NCBI GenBank assembly: GCA_965227065.1
Contig: CBDDFN010000010.1
Location: 9,098 to 73,097 of the forward strand
Origin: Alphaproteobacteria bacterium
Lineage (GTDB): Bacteria; Pseudomonadota; Alphaproteobacteria; SPJN01
DNA: 64,000 nt
Reading direction: 5' to 3'
The notes beneath the pieces are model-generated. The model was not told where the DNA came from. It saw nothing but the letters and a program-made list of their open reading frames with translations, and searched no databases. The position numbers were made by a program, and so were the translations under genes. Every line of letters starts with the position of its first letter. Positions within the stretch are counted from its first letter, which is position 1. Positions 48,522 to 60,059 of the stretch are shown in pieces.

Positions 48522-49190
48522 ATGACGGTTGAAGTTAAAATTTGCGGCCTGAAAACCCATGCCGCCGTCGAAGCGGCCCTGAAGCACGAAGTTGATTATC
48601 TCGGGTTTGTGTTCTATCCGCCTTCGCCCCGCTTTGTGACGCCCAAGCAGGCCGCCGAACTTGTGACCGAGGTTCCCGAGCTGGTGGTCAAAACCGGCCT
48701 GGTGGTCGACGCCACCGACGAAATGCTCGACGTGATCATGAAGGCCTTCCCGATGGACATGATCCAACTGCACGGCAATGAACCGCCTGAGCGCTGCGAT
48801 GAGCTGCGCGAGCGTTTCGGTGTGCCGATTTGCAAGGCCTTGTCCGTTGCGACCAAAGATGATGTCCGCCGCGCCTTTGACTATGAAAACCATGTCGATC
48901 TTTTGCTGTTTGACGCCAAACCGCCGCAAAAGACCAAGGATGGCAAGGATGCGCTGCCCGGTGGCAATGGCGAGGCGTTTGACTGGTCCTTGATGCAGCA
49001 TTCGGATTTCGAAGCCGCCTGGATGTTGTCAGGCGGGCTGACCCCGCAGAACGTCATCCGCGCGATTGAAATGACCGGCGCGGAAGCCGTCGATGTCTCC
49101 TCAGGCGTTGAAACCGCGCGCGGTGACAAGGACCCCGACCTGATCAGTGCCTTTCTGGACATCGTCCATGGTTATGGAGCCGAAGACTGA
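48522..49190 (+). CDS. trpF: N-(5'-phosphoribosyl)anthranilate isomerase
   Basis: VKICGLK...[14 protein letters not shown]. Confidence 0.9.
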   Translation: MTVEVKICGLKTHAAVEAALKHEVDYLGFVFYPPSPRFVTPKQAAELVTEVPELVVKTGLVVDATDEMLDVIMKAFPMDMIQLHGNEPPERCDELRERFGVPICKALSVATKDDVRRAFDYENHVDLLLFDAKPPQKTKDGKDALPGGNGEAFDWSLMQHSDFEAAWMLSGGLTPQNVIRAIEMTGAEAVDVSSGVETARGDKDPDLISAFLDIVHGYGAED

Positions 49191-50431
49191 TGGCCGAACC
49201 CAACAGCTATTACACCGCGCCCGATGAAAATGGACGCTTTGGCCTGCATGGCGGACGCTTTGTGGCCGAAACGCTCATGCCGCTGATCCTTGATCTTGAA
49301 CAGGCTTATGAAGACGCCAAGAAGGACCCTGCCTTTCACGACGAAATGCAGGTGTTTCTGCGCGATTATGTCGGCCGGCCAAGTCCGATGTATTATGCCG
49401 AGCGGCTGACCGAGCATTATCGGGACCAAGCCGGGGACCCCGCACTTGGTGCCAAAATCTATTTCAAGCGCGACGAGCTCAACCATACCGGCGCGCACAA
49501 GATCAACAATTGCCTGGGCCAGATCCTGCTCGCCAAGCGCATGGGCAAAACCCGCATCATCGCTGAAACCGGCGCGGGACAGCATGGCGTCGCGACCGCC
49601 ACGGTTGCCGCGCGCTTTGGCCTACCCTGCGTTGTCTATATGGGCGAAACCGATATTGAGCGACAAAAGCCCAATGTCTTCCGCATGAAGCTTCTGGGGG
49701 CCGAAGTCCGCGCGGTCAAATCAGGCTCCCGCACGCTCAAAGACGCGATGAACGAGGCGCTGCGCGACTGGGTGACCAATGTCCATGACACGTTCTACAT
49801 CATCGGCACGGTGGCGGGACCGCATCCCTATCCGGCCATGGTGCGCGACTTTCAGCGCGTCATCGGCGATGAAGCCAAAGAGCAGATGATGGCGCGTGAA
49901 GGCCGTCTTCCCGATCATCTGGTCGCCTGTATTGGCGGGGGCTCCAACGCCATGGGGCTGTTTTATCCCTTCCTTGATGACAAAGACGTCCACATTGTCG
50001 GCGTTGAAGCCGCAGGCCACGGTATTGAAACCGGCCAGCATGCCGCCTCGCTGACTGGCGGACGGCCCGGCGTGTTGCACGGCAACCGCACTTATCTGCT
50101 GCAGGATGAAGACGGCCAGATCACCGAAGCCCATTCGATCTCGGCGGGCCTCGATTATCCCGGCATCGGGCCAGAACATAGCTGGCTTTATGATCTGGGC
50201 CGGGTTGATTATGTGTCGGCCACCGACCAGGAAGCGCTTGATGCCTTCCAGCTGCTGTGCCGGACCGAAGGCATCATTCCCGCGCTGGAACCCAGCCATG
50301 CGCTTGCGCAAGTGGCCAAGATGGCCCCCAAGCTGCCGCGCGATGAGATCATTGTGATGAATTTGTGTGGCCGGGGCGACAAGGACATTTTCACCGTCGC
50401 CGATGCGCTGGGAACGGAGATCGACGAATGA
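49190..50431 (+). CDS. trpB: Tryptophan synthase beta chain
   Basis: PLP-lysine region HTGAHKINN; GGGSNAMG. Confidence 0.97.
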   Translation: MAEPNSYYTAPDENGRFGLHGGRFVAETLMPLILDLEQAYEDAKKDPAFHDEMQVFLRDYVGRPSPMYYAERLTEHYRDQAGDPALGAKIYFKRDELNHTGAHKINNCLGQILLAKRMGKTRIIAETGAGQHGVATATVAARFGLPCVVYMGETDIERQKPNVFRMKLLGAEVRAVKSGSRTLKDAMNEALRDWVTNVHDTFYIIGTVAGPHPYPAMVRDFQRVIGDEAKEQMMAREGRLPDHLVACIGGGSNAMGLFYPFLDDKDVHIVGVEAAGHGIETGQHAASLTGGRPGVLHGNRTYLLQDEDGQITEAHSISAGLDYPGIGPEHSWLYDLGRVDYVSATDQEALDAFQLLCRTEGIIPALEPSHALAQVAKMAPKLPRDEIIVMNLCGRGDKDIFTVADALGTEIDE

Positions 50432-51270
50432 GCGTGTCTTTCGAAACCCGCATCGACCGCAAATTTGCCGCGCTCAAGCAGGAAGACCGCGCCGCGCTGG
50501 TCACCTTTGTGACCGCGGGCGATCCTGACCTTGAAACCGGACAAGCCATTTTGAACGGATTGCCCGGTGCGGGGGCCGATCTGATCGAGCTGGGGATGAG
50601 CTTCACCGACCCCATGGCTGAAGGCCCGCCCATTCAGGCCAGTTCCGAACGCGCGCTCAAGGCCGGAATTACGGTCAAAAAAGTGCTCGCGATGGTGGCC
50701 GAGTTCCGCAAGGCCGACGACACAACCCCGATCATTCTGATGGGCTATTACAATCCGATCTATGCGTACGGCAATGACGCCTTTCTTGCCGACGCCGCCA
50801 AAGCCGGGGTTGACGGGTTGATCATTGTTGATCTGCCGCCCGAAGAAGATGAAGAGCTGTGCCTGCCCGCCATGAAACACGGCATCAATTTCATCCGGCT
50901 GGCGACGCCGACCACCGATGACAAGCGCCTGCCGCAGGTTGCCGCAAACGTCTCGGGCTTTCTTTACTATGTCTCGATCGCCGGGATCACCGGCACCGCG
51001 ACCCCTGATATGAGCGTGGTCGGCGCCCAGGTGGACCGGCTGCGCAAGGGCTGCCCGCTGCCGATCTGTGTCGGCTTCGGCATCAAGACCCCCGAACACG
51101 CCGCCGCCGTGGCCCGCATCGCCGATGGCGCCGTCGTCGGCTCGGCCCTGGTCAATGCCGTGCGCGACAGTCTGGACGGGTCAGGCACCGCGACCGAACA
51201 GACGGTTTCCGCCGTGCTCAATTTGGTGCAGGATTTGGCCAAGGGAGTGAGAGAGGCGCGTCATGGCTGA
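50428..51270 (+). CDS. trpA: Tryptophan synthase alpha chain
   Basis: ATG 50428 overlaps the trpB stop. ...[20 protein letters not shown]. Confidence 0.95.
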   Translation: MSVSFETRIDRKFAALKQEDRAALVTFVTAGDPDLETGQAILNGLPGAGADLIELGMSFTDPMAEGPPIQASSERALKAGITVKKVLAMVAEFRKADDTTPIILMGYYNPIYAYGNDAFLADAAKAGVDGLIIVDLPPEEDEELCLPAMKHGINFIRLATPTTDDKRLPQVAANVSGFLYYVSIAGITGTATPDMSVVGAQVDRLRKGCPLPICVGFGIKTPEHAAAVARIADGAVVGSALVNAVRDSLDGSGTATEQTVSAVLNLVQDLAKGVREARHG

Positions 51271-52240
51271 TAATGAAGGCAAGAAAGAGAACTGGCTGAC
51301 CGCATTGCGGCCGAAATTCTCACGGGTTTTCCAGACCGAAACCCGCGAAACGCCGGACAATTTGTGGCACAAATGCCCCAAATGCGGCCAGATGCTGTTT
51401 CATCGCGATCTTGAAGCCGCGCTCAATGTCTGCAGCCATTGCGGCCATCATATGCGGCTTGGCGCGCAAAAACGGCTTGAAAGCGTGTTTGACGGCGGAA
51501 CCTTTAAACCGCTCACTCTGCCCGATGTCGCCGCCGATCCGCTGAAATTCCGCGACCAGAAAAAATATTCCGACCGGCTGCGCGATGCCCGCACCAAGAC
51601 CGGCCTGCAAGACGCCATCGTGGCCGGTGCCGGGACCATCGACAAGGTGCCCTTGACGGCGCTGGCGCAGGATTTCTCCTTCATGGGCGGGTCCATGGGT
51701 ATGGCCACCGGCGAGGCGATCATTACAGCCGCCCGCCACGCGGTCGACCACAAGACCGCCTTTGTGATTTTTGCCGCCTCGGGCGGGGCGCGCATGCAGG
51801 AAGGCATCCTGTCGCTCATGCAATTGCCGCGCTCGACCGTAGCGGTGCAGGAAGTGAAAGAAGCGGGCCTGCCCTATATTGTCGTGCAGACCGACCCGAC
51901 CACCGGCGGTGTGTCTGCCTCTTACGCCATGTTGGGCGACATCCATATTTCCGAGCCCAATGCGCAGATCGGCTTTGCCGGGGCGCGCGTGATCGAACAG
52001 ACCATCCGCGAGAAACTGCCTGAAGGCTTCCAGCGGGCGGAATATCTGCTGGAACATGGCATGGTCGATATGGTCGTGCCGCGCAGCGAGATGCGCCCGA
52101 CCCTGTCGCGCATCATCCGGCATTTGATGAACAAGGGCGAAGCCCCTGACGGCACACAGATTGAACCTGATCTGTTTACCGCGCCGGGTCCGGCCAAGCC
52201 CATGCCGGAGCCGCCGCCCGCGTCCGCTTCCACACCATGA
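51263..52240 (+). CDS. accD: Acetyl-CoA carboxylase carboxyltransferase subunit beta
   Basis: Zinc ribbon CPKCGQ...CSHCGHH, CT domain [14 protein letters not shown]. Confidence 0.95.
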   Translation: MADNEGKKENWLTALRPKFSRVFQTETRETPDNLWHKCPKCGQMLFHRDLEAALNVCSHCGHHMRLGAQKRLESVFDGGTFKPLTLPDVAADPLKFRDQKKYSDRLRDARTKTGLQDAIVAGAGTIDKVPLTALAQDFSFMGGSMGMATGEAIITAARHAVDHKTAFVIFAASGGARMQEGILSLMQLPRSTVAVQEVKEAGLPYIVVQTDPTTGGVSASYAMLGDIHISEPNAQIGFAGARVIEQTIREKLPEGFQRAEYLLEHGMVDMVVPRSEMRPTLSRIIRHLMNKGEAPDGTQIEPDLFTAPGPAKPMPEPPPASASTP

Positions 52241-53511
52241 CCCAAAAGTCAGACATCATCCTTGAGCGGATGATGGCCCTGCATCCCAAGCTGATCGACC
52301 TTCACCTTGATCGGGTCGAACGTCTGTTGGCCGCGCTTGATCATCCCGAACAGGCGGTCGGGCCTTGCGTTCATGTCGCCGGAACAAATGGCAAGGGCTC
52401 AACTGTTGCCACGCTTGAGGCGATGGCTCTGGCGCAGGGATTGAGCGTCAATCGCTATACCTCGCCCCATCTGGTGCGCTTTCACGAGCGCATCGCCCAT
52501 GACGGCACGCCGATTGATGAGGCACAATTGAGCGCGGTTCTGGCGGCTTGCGAAGACGCCAATCAGGGCGCGGCGATCACCTATTTTGAAATCACCACCG
52601 TGGCGGCGTTTGAAGCCTTCCGGCAGCGGCCCGCTGATCTCACCCTGCTGGAAGTCGGGCTGGGCGGCCGGTTTGATGCCACCAATGTGCTGACCCCTTC
52701 CGTTTCAGTGATCACCCCGGTGGCGATGGATCATCAGCAATTTCTCGGCGACACGATTGAAGCGATTGCGGGCGAGAAAGCCGGTATCATCAAACCCGGC
52801 GTGCCGGTGGTGGTTGGCCCGCAATGCCATGCCGCGCTGTCGGTGATTGAGGAGCGCGCCGAGACGCTTCGCGCCCCTTTATGGGTCCATGGCCAGGACT
52901 GGACCGTGTGGGAGGAGCGCGGGCGGCTGATCTATCAGGATGAGCATGGCCTGCTTGATCTGCCGCTTCCTAATCTGAACGGTGCCCATCAGATCCACAA
53001 TGCCGGGGCCGCGATTGCCGCCAGCCGCGCCGCAGACCTGCCGATTGATGAACAAGCGATGGAGCGCGGCCTCCGCCAGATCCGCTGGCCCGCCCGCCTG
53101 ATGCCACTGCCCGCCCATCCGTTTTTGAAGGCGCTGCCCGATGGGGCCGAGCTGTGGCTTGATGGCGGTCATAATCCGGCCGCCGGTCAGGCGCTCGCGC
53201 AGTTCATGGCCGAGCGTGCAAACCGTGACCCCAGACCGCTGGTTCTGATTGCGGGCATGCTCAACACCAAGGATCAGCAGGGCTTTTTCATGCCCTTCGC
53301 GCCGCTTGAACCGCAAGTTCTGTGCGTGCCGATCGAAGGCGAGCCAAGCGCCACACCCCCTGAAACTCTCGCTCAAAAAGCACAAGCCGCCGGGTTGGAA
53401 GCGGCGGCTTTCGCGTCTTTGTCTGAAGCGCTGGGGACCATCGCACAGACGGCCCCGCGCGTGCTGATCTGCGGCTCGCTTTATCTTGCAGGCCAGGTGT
53501 TGCGCGCCTAG
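52237..53511 (+). CDS. folC: Bifunctional folylpolyglutamate synthase / dihydrofolate synthase
   Basis: P-loop [11 protein letters not shown], Mur-ligase fold. Confidence 0.9.
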   Translation: MTQKSDIILERMMALHPKLIDLHLDRVERLLAALDHPEQAVGPCVHVAGTNGKGSTVATLEAMALAQGLSVNRYTSPHLVRFHERIAHDGTPIDEAQLSAVLAACEDANQGAAITYFEITTVAAFEAFRQRPADLTLLEVGLGGRFDATNVLTPSVSVITPVAMDHQQFLGDTIEAIAGEKAGIIKPGVPVVVGPQCHAALSVIEERAETLRAPLWVHGQDWTVWEERGRLIYQDEHGLLDLPLPNLNGAHQIHNAGAAIAASRAADLPIDEQAMERGLRQIRWPARLMPLPAHPFLKALPDGAELWLDGGHNPAAGQALAQFMAERANRDPRPLVLIAGMLNTKDQQGFFMPFAPLEPQVLCVPIEGEPSATPPETLAQKAQAAGLEAAAFASLSEALGTIAQTAPRVLICGSLYLAGQVLRA

Positions 53512-54020
53512 CGCTTTTTGCCAGTCAGCAGCGGTCCTGCAAACTGGTCAACCGAAAACAGACCCGGCCCTTTGGCGATCAGGATCAGCAAGGCACCGGC
53601 CCAGAAAATGTGATCAGACCACAGGTTCGGATAGACGAAAAACTGAATGACAAAGGTCATCCCGAAGAGCGCCAGCGCGCTCAGCCGCGTGGCAAGGCCC
53701 GCCCATAGCAGAACCGGTATGGACAGCTCCATATAGGTCGCCAGCGTTGCGGCCAGTTCAGGCGGCAGCACCGGCACCTGATATTCTTCCTGAAACAGGA
53801 AAACTGTGGTTTGTGTCACACCATAGTCGGCGTCAATCTTGGTGTGGGCGGATTTCCAGAACACCATGCCCACGCCAATGCGCGTCATCAAAAGCGCGAG
53901 CGACGCAATCAGCGTGTGACCAAGCGCGGTATAGAGCGCCGCAATCTTGCCGCCCAGCCCGCCGAGCAGCCCGGGGCTTTCAAATCCGTTTTGTTCAATC
54001 GTCGCCATCATTCCCTCCAT
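53508..54020 (-). CDS. DoxX family membrane protein (bufferin-operon accessory)
   Basis: 4 TM, DoxX-like (LMTRIGVGMVFWKSAHTKI...). Last gene of the DUF2282-DUF692-DUF2063-DoxX operon. Confidence 0.8.
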   Translation of the reverse strand: MEGMMATIEQNGFESPGLLGGLGGKIAALYTALGHTLIASLALLMTRIGVGMVFWKSAHTKIDADYGVTQTTVFLFQEEYQVPVLPPELAATLATYMELSIPVLLWAGLATRLSALALFGMTFVIQFFVYPNLWSDHIFWAGALLILIAKGPGLFSVDQFAGPLLTGKKR

Positions 54021-54807
54021 GTCCCATGATCGATGGTGTTCCCAGCAGTTCAGCAGTGATCAGCGCGGCAAGGGCAGGGGAGCCATTCATCCCCATCGCT
54101 TCCATCACCACACCCAGTTGCTCGCCCGCAGCGAGGCGTTCAAACAGATGGGCTGCAATCTCGCCCACCCGCATCACCTCGACCTCAAGATGGGGGCGCG
54201 CGATAATGATGAAGACCGGCTCTGTATCAAGCTTGATTTCCGCAAGCGAGAAAGACGCGCCGGGCTGATGGGCTTCCCAGATCTGATCGACCGGCCAGGG
54301 CGAGCGCATCAGACGCGCGCTGGCAATCGGCTTCCATTGCGATTGCGACAGCGCCTCGGGATCCGCCTGCGTCAAGGTTTGCGCATCGGCAGGCTTCTCG
54401 TCAGCGGCGTGGAAACTTTCCGCCCACGCCCATTCGAGCCGTGCCACATCGCCCAGATAGGGAACCGTTTTGGCCGGCTCGAACCGGTCGATAAACCCCG
54501 GCAGCTCACCGCCATACTCAAACAGCGCAGCGCTGTGCGGCGGGTGCTGCTCAACAAAGCGGATCGCCATGGCTTCAAAAAATTGCTCGCCCACCAAAGC
54601 CGCGCAGACCGGAAAGCTCGACGCGAGACTTTCAGCCAAAAGGATGCGGACCGTGTTGGCGTGAATTTGCAGACGCTGGCGCGGGTCAAGCCCGTTGGGC
54701 GTGATGGTCGCCGACAGGGTTTGCGGCAGCGCGGTGTCAGCCCGCACCCCCTTCAAGACGGTCTCGGCAAACGCCCCTTGCAGCGCCTCAAGCTTGGGAT
54801 CAGCCAT
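53995..54807 (-). CDS. DUF2063 domain protein (BufC/MbnC-like partner of the MNIO enzyme)
   Basis: 270 aa; the DUF2063 N-terminal pattern (QLEALQGAFAETVLKG...LQIHANTVRILLAESLASSFP) lies immediately downstream of DUF692. Confidence 0.8.
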   Translation of the reverse strand: MADPKLEALQGAFAETVLKGVRADTALPQTLSATITPNGLDPRQRLQIHANTVRILLAESLASSFPVCAALVGEQFFEAMAIRFVEQHPPHSAALFEYGGELPGFIDRFEPAKTVPYLGDVARLEWAWAESFHAADEKPADAQTLTQADPEALSQSQWKPIASARLMRSPWPVDQIWEAHQPGASFSLAEIKLDTEPVFIIIARPHLEVEVMRVGEIAAHLFERLAAGEQLGVVMEAMGMNGSPALAALITAELLGTPSIMGHGGNDGDD

Positions 54808-55642
54808 GGGCCGTTCCCATCACACGCTCTTCCGACAGGATGCGTTCGGCCAGTTGGGCCTGATTGACCAGTGTCGCAAGGTCAGGCACGGCACTGTCCC
54901 ATTCAATCAGGGTGGGCACCGGACCAAGCCGGGCGATCATATCGGCATAAAGCCCCCAGACCGGGACGGGCACTTCGCTGCCATGATCATCAATGCGGAT
55001 TTCAACGCCATCGACGTCGCGCACCGTGTGACCGGCCAGATGAATTTCACCCACAATGTCATTGGGAATTTTGCGCAGCCAGGCATGGGGGTCAAAACCG
55101 TGATTGCACGCCGAGACAAAGACATTGTTGAGATCGAGCAAAAGCCCCGCACCGGTGCGCAAGCACGCTTCGGCGATAAACTCGGCCTCTTCCATGGTGG
55201 AATGTTCAAAGCACAAATAGGTTGAGGGGTTCTCAATCAGGATGCGGCGGCCCAGATAATTTTGCGTCTCGTCAATATGCGCGCACAGATGATTGAGCGT
55301 TTCTTCGGTGTAAGGCAGGGGCAAAAGGTCATTGAGAAACAGGCCCGGCATGCCGCACCAGGCAACATGTTCCGACACAAGCTCGGGCTGGTAGCGGTCA
55401 ACAAGCGCTTTAAGGCGCTTGAGATGCATCGGGTTCAATCGCCCGGCAGAGCCCAGCGAGAGCCCGACGCCATGACAGCTGAGCGCATAATCTTCGCGGA
55501 TTTTTGACAGCATGGCGTGCGGAACACCGCCTGCGCCAAAATAATTCTCCGCGTGAATTTCAAAAAAGGCGAGCTTGGGCCTGGCCTCCAGCACATCGTG
55601 ATAATGTTCAGCCTTGAGTGAAATGCCCGCGCCTGCCGGCAT
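54800..55642 (-). CDS. DUF692 multinuclear non-heme iron oxidase (MNIO; BufB/MbnB-like)
   Basis: TIM-barrel DUF692 motifs (FFEIHAENYF; VSEHVAWCG; ILIENPSTY; LLLDLNNVFVSACNHG; EIHLAGH). Start taken at MPAGAGISLKAEHY. Confidence 0.85.
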   Translation of the reverse strand: MPAGAGISLKAEHYHDVLEARPKLAFFEIHAENYFGAGGVPHAMLSKIREDYALSCHGVGLSLGSAGRLNPMHLKRLKALVDRYQPELVSEHVAWCGMPGLFLNDLLPLPYTEETLNHLCAHIDETQNYLGRRILIENPSTYLCFEHSTMEEAEFIAEACLRTGAGLLLDLNNVFVSACNHGFDPHAWLRKIPNDIVGEIHLAGHTVRDVDGVEIRIDDHGSEVPVPVWGLYADMIARLGPVPTLIEWDSAVPDLATLVNQAQLAERILSEERVMGTAHG

Positions 55643-55762
55643 GGTGGTTTTCCGGCTCCAGGCTGATGTCTTTTTTGAAGGCATGGGTTTCACTCGCTTG
55701 CGCAGTACGGATAAGGAGCATGTGGGGGCACGATCATGCCCCCACAAGCGGGGTAGGAAGCC

Positions 55763-56029
55763 TTACGCTTTGGGCTCAAGCGAACCGCCGGTCAGCTTTT
55801 CGCACGTGCCGGCAGGGACAAAAATCCACGCATCGCCTTGATTGTCGGCTTTGGAGGTACCCGCGCATGAGCTGGTCGAGGTCTGGCAGTCATTCTTGCC
55901 CGCCTTGGCCACGCCGTAGCATTTTTCATTGTCGCCCGCATTGGCGGTGGTTGAGGCCACACCCATCGAGATGGCCGAAGCAATGGCACCAGCTGCAGCC
56001 AGGCCGACGATTTTGGTCGCTTTGTTCAT
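55763..56029 (-). CDS. DUF2282 bufferin-type RiPP precursor (BufA1-like), Sec signal peptide plus 4-Cys core
   Basis: MNKATKIVGLAAAGAIASAISMGVASTTANA | GDNEKCYGVAKAGKNDCQTSTSSCAGTSKADNQGDAWIFVPAGTCEKLTGGSLEPKA. GGAG RBS. Confidence 0.8.
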   Translation of the reverse strand: MNKATKIVGLAAAGAIASAISMGVASTTANAGDNEKCYGVAKAGKNDCQTSTSSCAGTSKADNQGDAWIFVPAGTCEKLTGGSLEPKA

Positions 56030-56214
56030 GATGAACTCCATAGGTCTTGGTTTTCCAAAATTGCGCCGGCCCCGGATTTGCCGCTCCCGACGTCGAGGCT
56101 CAGCATCTTCAGAACACCGATCACACGCAATCGACGTCTCAACACATTGGCGTGAGAGCTTGTGAACTGCTAAAAGAGCGCCAACCAAAACCGACAAATT
56201 GTCAGGAGAGCGCC

Positions 56215-58059
56215 ATGCCGAGCTACAAAGTCCCCGTTCAGGACATGAAATTCATTCTGCAAGATCACCTTAAAGTGCATGAAAATGCGGCCATTCCGGG
56301 TCATGAAATGCTTGATGATGAGACCATCGATGCGGTTCTGAATGGCGCGGCCCGCATTTGTGAAGAAGAGCTGGTGCCCGCCAATCTGCCCGGCGATGCT
56401 GAAGGCTGCAGCCTTGAGAACGGCATTGTGCGCACCCCTGACGTGTACAAAAAAGCCTACAAAGCCTGGGCCGAAAGCGGCTTTAACGCCGTGTCTTCGC
56501 CCGAAGAATGGGGCGGCATGGGCCTGCCGCAAGTGCTCGCTATGTGCATGTCGGAAATGGCGGCAAGCTCCAACCACGCCCTGTCGATGTATTTCGGCCT
56601 GACCGCTGCGGCGACCGGCGCGCTGGCGGGCGGTGCCGATTGGGACTTCGCCAAGCACTATGTGCCGAAAATGACCACCGGCGAATGGTGCGGCACCATG
56701 AACCTGACCGAACCCCACTCAGGCACTGACTTGAAACTGATGCGCACCAAGGCTGTACCGCAAGATGACGGCACCTACCGCATCACAGGCACCAAGATCT
56801 TCATCTCCGGCGGCGATCACGATCTGGCCGATAACATCATCCATATGGTGATTGCGAAGGTGCCGGGCGAGGATGGAAAACTTGCCGATGACCTCTCCAC
56901 CGTAAACTTCTTCATGGTTCCTAAATTCCTCGTGAACGAAGACGGCTCGATGGGTGCACGCAATGGCGTCACCGTCGGCTCGATTGAAAAGAAAATGGGC
57001 ATCAAGGGCTCAGCCACCTGCGTGCTCAACTTCGAAGATGCGGTCGCCTACAAGATGGGTGCGCGCAGCCAGACCAAAATTTCCGACAAGAAGGACGGCG
57101 AGAAATCCTCCGCCCAAGGCATGGCGGGCATGTTCAACATGATGAATGTGGCGCGGCTGGGCGTTGGCATGCAGGGCATGGCGCTGGCCTCGACCGCCTA
57201 TCAAAACGCGGTTGAATACACCAAAGAGCGTTTGCAGGGCCGTTCAATCTCGGGCACCAAAAACCCCGATGGTCCCGCCGACCCGATCATTGTCCACCCC
57301 GATGTGCGCCGCATGCTGATGACCTGCCGGGCGTTTGTTGAAGGCGCCCGCGCGCTGACCTATTGGGTGTCGGCCGAATTTGCAAAGGCGCGCAACGCCA
57401 ATTCCGATGAGGCACGCCAGGCGGTTGATGTTGCCATGCTGCTCACTCCCGTGATCAAGGCCTATTTCACCGATATGGGCGTTGAGTGCACCAATATGGC
57501 GATGCAGTGCTTTGGCGGCCATGGCTATGTGCATGAACATGGGATGGAACAGTTTGTGCGCGATGCGCGCATCCTGCCGATCTATGAAGGGGCCAATGGC
57601 GTCCAGGCGCTCGACCTTGTGGGCCGCAAGCTGCCGATGAAAGGTGGATCGGTCTATGGCGCCTTCGTCACCATGGTGACCGATTTCATCAAGGCCAATG
57701 ACGGCGTTGACGGCATGGAGGTCTATACCGGCCCGCTGAAAGCCGCGCTGGATGATCTCAATGCCGCCACCGGATGGCTGATGGAAGCCGCCGGCAAGGA
57801 CCGGGATAATGCGGGCGCAAGCTCGGCCGCCTATCTTAAGATCTTCGGTCTTGTGATGATCGGCTGGACCTGGGCGGGGCTTGCCAAAACAGCGAAAGAC
57901 AAGCTGGCCGAAGGCACCGGCGATGCGGCGTTCTATGAAGCCAAACTCGTCACCGCGCGCTTCTGGATGGAACAGATGATGCCCGACACCAAGGCGCTGG
58001 TTCAGAAGGTCTCGGCGGGTGCTGAAACCATGATGGCGCTGAGCGCGGAACAGTTCTAG
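56215..58059 (+). CDS. Long-chain acyl-CoA dehydrogenase (~614 aa, AidB/FadE-like)
   Basis: ATG 56215 with a CAGGAGAG RBS. ACAD N/M/C domains (LTEPHSGTDL; ...ISGGDHDL; QCFGGHGYVHE; ARILPIYEGANG). Confidence 0.9.
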   Translation: MPSYKVPVQDMKFILQDHLKVHENAAIPGHEMLDDETIDAVLNGAARICEEELVPANLPGDAEGCSLENGIVRTPDVYKKAYKAWAESGFNAVSSPEEWGGMGLPQVLAMCMSEMAASSNHALSMYFGLTAAATGALAGGADWDFAKHYVPKMTTGEWCGTMNLTEPHSGTDLKLMRTKAVPQDDGTYRITGTKIFISGGDHDLADNIIHMVIAKVPGEDGKLADDLSTVNFFMVPKFLVNEDGSMGARNGVTVGSIEKKMGIKGSATCVLNFEDAVAYKMGARSQTKISDKKDGEKSSAQGMAGMFNMMNVARLGVGMQGMALASTAYQNAVEYTKERLQGRSISGTKNPDGPADPIIVHPDVRRMLMTCRAFVEGARALTYWVSAEFAKARNANSDEARQAVDVAMLLTPVIKAYFTDMGVECTNMAMQCFGGHGYVHEHGMEQFVRDARILPIYEGANGVQALDLVGRKLPMKGGSVYGAFVTMVTDFIKANDGVDGMEVYTGPLKAALDDLNAATGWLMEAAGKDRDNAGASSAAYLKIFGLVMIGWTWAGLAKTAKDKLAEGTGDAAFYEAKLVTARFWMEQMMPDTKALVQKVSAGAETMMALSAEQF

Positions 58060-58067
58060 GCGCCCCA

Positions 58068-59039
58068 ATGCGTCTTGTTTTTGTCCTCATTGGTGTGGCC
58101 GCAGCGATCATCGCCGGTGCGGCCACAGTCATCTTCAACGACCGCACCGATCTGGACGCCTATGCCACCCTGTTTGTGGATGAGGCACCGCAACCCGGTA
58201 AAGTGCATGTCCGCTATGGCGGGATCGCCACGCTGGCCATCAGCGATGGGGAGACCACCATCCTGACCGATGGTTTTTTCAGCAGGCCCGGACTGATTGG
58301 CTTGCTGGGCACGATCGAACCTGACAAAGACAAGATCGATGCCGGGCTTGCCGCGCTTGGCGTCCGCGACGCCGCTGCGGTGATCCCGCTCCACTCCCAT
58401 TATGATCACGCGATGGACTCCCCGCTTGTCGCGCAAAAGACCGGCGCGGTGCTGTTGGGCTCCCCCTCCAGCGCCAATATCGGGCGCGGTGCGGGCCTGA
58501 CTGAGGACCAGATCATTGAAGCGGCGTTTAACCAGCCTTACCGCTTTGGCGCCTTTACCGTGACATTCTTCGCCTCCACCCATGTGCCGCTGCCCTATGA
58601 CACGCTTAACGGCACCATTGATGCTCCCCTTGAGACGCCCGCCTCCTACACCGCCTATAAACAAGGCGCGGCGTATAGTGTGGTGATCACCCACGACAAT
58701 GGCCAGAGCCTGCTGGTGCAAGGCAGTGCGGGGTTTATCGATGGCGCGCTTGAGGGGGTCAGCGTTGACACGGTCTTTCTGGGTGTCGGTGGGCTGGCAT
58801 CACAAGGTGATGCGTATTTCGATGCCTATTGGCGCGAAATTGTCACCGCGACGGACCCAAAGACAGTGGTACCGATCCATTGGGATGATCTGTTCGGTGA
58901 CCTTGATGAGACGCTTGAGAGCTCTCCGCGTCTCATCGATGATTTCGGCGCGACCATGACCGGCATTCAAGCCCAGGCCCGGTCAGAGGGCCGCTCCGTC
59001 AAATTGCAGCAAGGCCTGGCAGGACTGCTGATCGATTAG
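58068..59039 (+). CDS. MBL-fold metallo-hydrolase with N-terminal TM anchor
   Basis: HSHYDHAMD metal motif. N-terminal TM MRLVFVLIGVAAAIIAGAA. Confidence 0.7.
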   Translation: MRLVFVLIGVAAAIIAGAATVIFNDRTDLDAYATLFVDEAPQPGKVHVRYGGIATLAISDGETTILTDGFFSRPGLIGLLGTIEPDKDKIDAGLAALGVRDAAAVIPLHSHYDHAMDSPLVAQKTGAVLLGSPSSANIGRGAGLTEDQIIEAAFNQPYRFGAFTVTFFASTHVPLPYDTLNGTIDAPLETPASYTAYKQGAAYSVVITHDNGQSLLVQGSAGFIDGALEGVSVDTVFLGVGGLASQGDAYFDAYWREIVTATDPKTVVPIHWDDLFGDLDETLESSPRLIDDFGATMTGIQAQARSEGRSVKLQQGLAGLLID

Positions 59040-59941
59040 GCAGCTTTCTGGGCGGCTTCAACCTCTTCAATAAAGCCCGCGATCAGATCGGTGAACCGGT
59101 CAACCAGTTGCAGCGGCAGGTCATGGCCATAGCCCTCAATGATCTCAAGCCGGGCGCCTTTGATATTGGCGGCGACATCTTCCCCGCCATCGACCGGCAC
59201 AAGCGGATCATCCTTGCCGTGAATGACAAGCGTCGGCGCGGTGATCGACTGGATCGCCTCGCGGCGGCTGCCACTGGTGAGGATTGCGGCCAGCTGCCGT
59301 GCCACCCCATCCCGGTCATAGCAGCGGTCATAGGCGCGGCCGGTATACTCCTTGATCCGTTCGGGATCAGACGGGAAGCCCGGTGAGCCGATGGCATTGC
59401 GCATGGGAACCGAATGCTCCAGCACGGTTTCCCGGTCAGGCGAAGGCGGCGGCGTTAAAAGCGCGCCCATGGCTTCAGGTGTGGCGGGTGCGAGCCCCGG
59501 CGCACCGGTCGTCGACATATGCACGATCAGCGAGCGCGCCTTTTCAGGGTGATGCACGCCAAAGCGCTGGGTGATCATCCCGCCCATGGACACGCCGTGA
59601 ATATGGGCGCTCGAAATCCCCAGATGATCAAGCAGGCCGGCAATATCGTCAGCCATATCCTTGTCGGAATAGGGGCCCTCAACCGCTTTGCCCGCAGCCA
59701 GGTCACCCATGATCTGGCCGATATCCGGCACACCCTTGTCGGCGAATTTATGGCTGAGCCCAATGTCGCGATTGTCCGGCGTGATGATGTATAGATCACG
59801 CGCCACCAGCGCCTCGATCAGCTCATCAGGCCAGTGAACGAGCTGGCTGCCCAGCCCCATAATCATGACAAGCGGCGTATTTGATGGATCGCCATGGGTT
59901 TCATAGGCGATGTCGTGTCCGTTGATTTTTGCGATTGGCAT
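59036..59941 (-). CDS. Alpha/beta hydrolase
   Basis: Nucleophile elbow GVSMGG, and the typical HG...GHD arrangement (IEGYGHDLPL). Confidence 0.85.
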   Translation of the reverse strand: MPIAKINGHDIAYETHGDPSNTPLVMIMGLGSQLVHWPDELIEALVARDLYIITPDNRDIGLSHKFADKGVPDIGQIMGDLAAGKAVEGPYSDKDMADDIAGLLDHLGISSAHIHGVSMGGMITQRFGVHHPEKARSLIVHMSTTGAPGLAPATPEAMGALLTPPPSPDRETVLEHSVPMRNAIGSPGFPSDPERIKEYTGRAYDRCYDRDGVARQLAAILTSGSRREAIQSITAPTLVIHGKDDPLVPVDGGEDVAANIKGARLEIIEGYGHDLPLQLVDRFTDLIAGFIEEVEAAQKAA

Positions 59942-60059
59942 TCTTTGTCCCCCTGATGTGACTTTCTGTCAGCGACATTAAGGGGCCAAGCAGCATCTGG
60001 GCAAGCCCTGCCTGAAAAGCTACTCTTGCCGTCCTTTGTTTGGGGGGGACTGCGCACCG

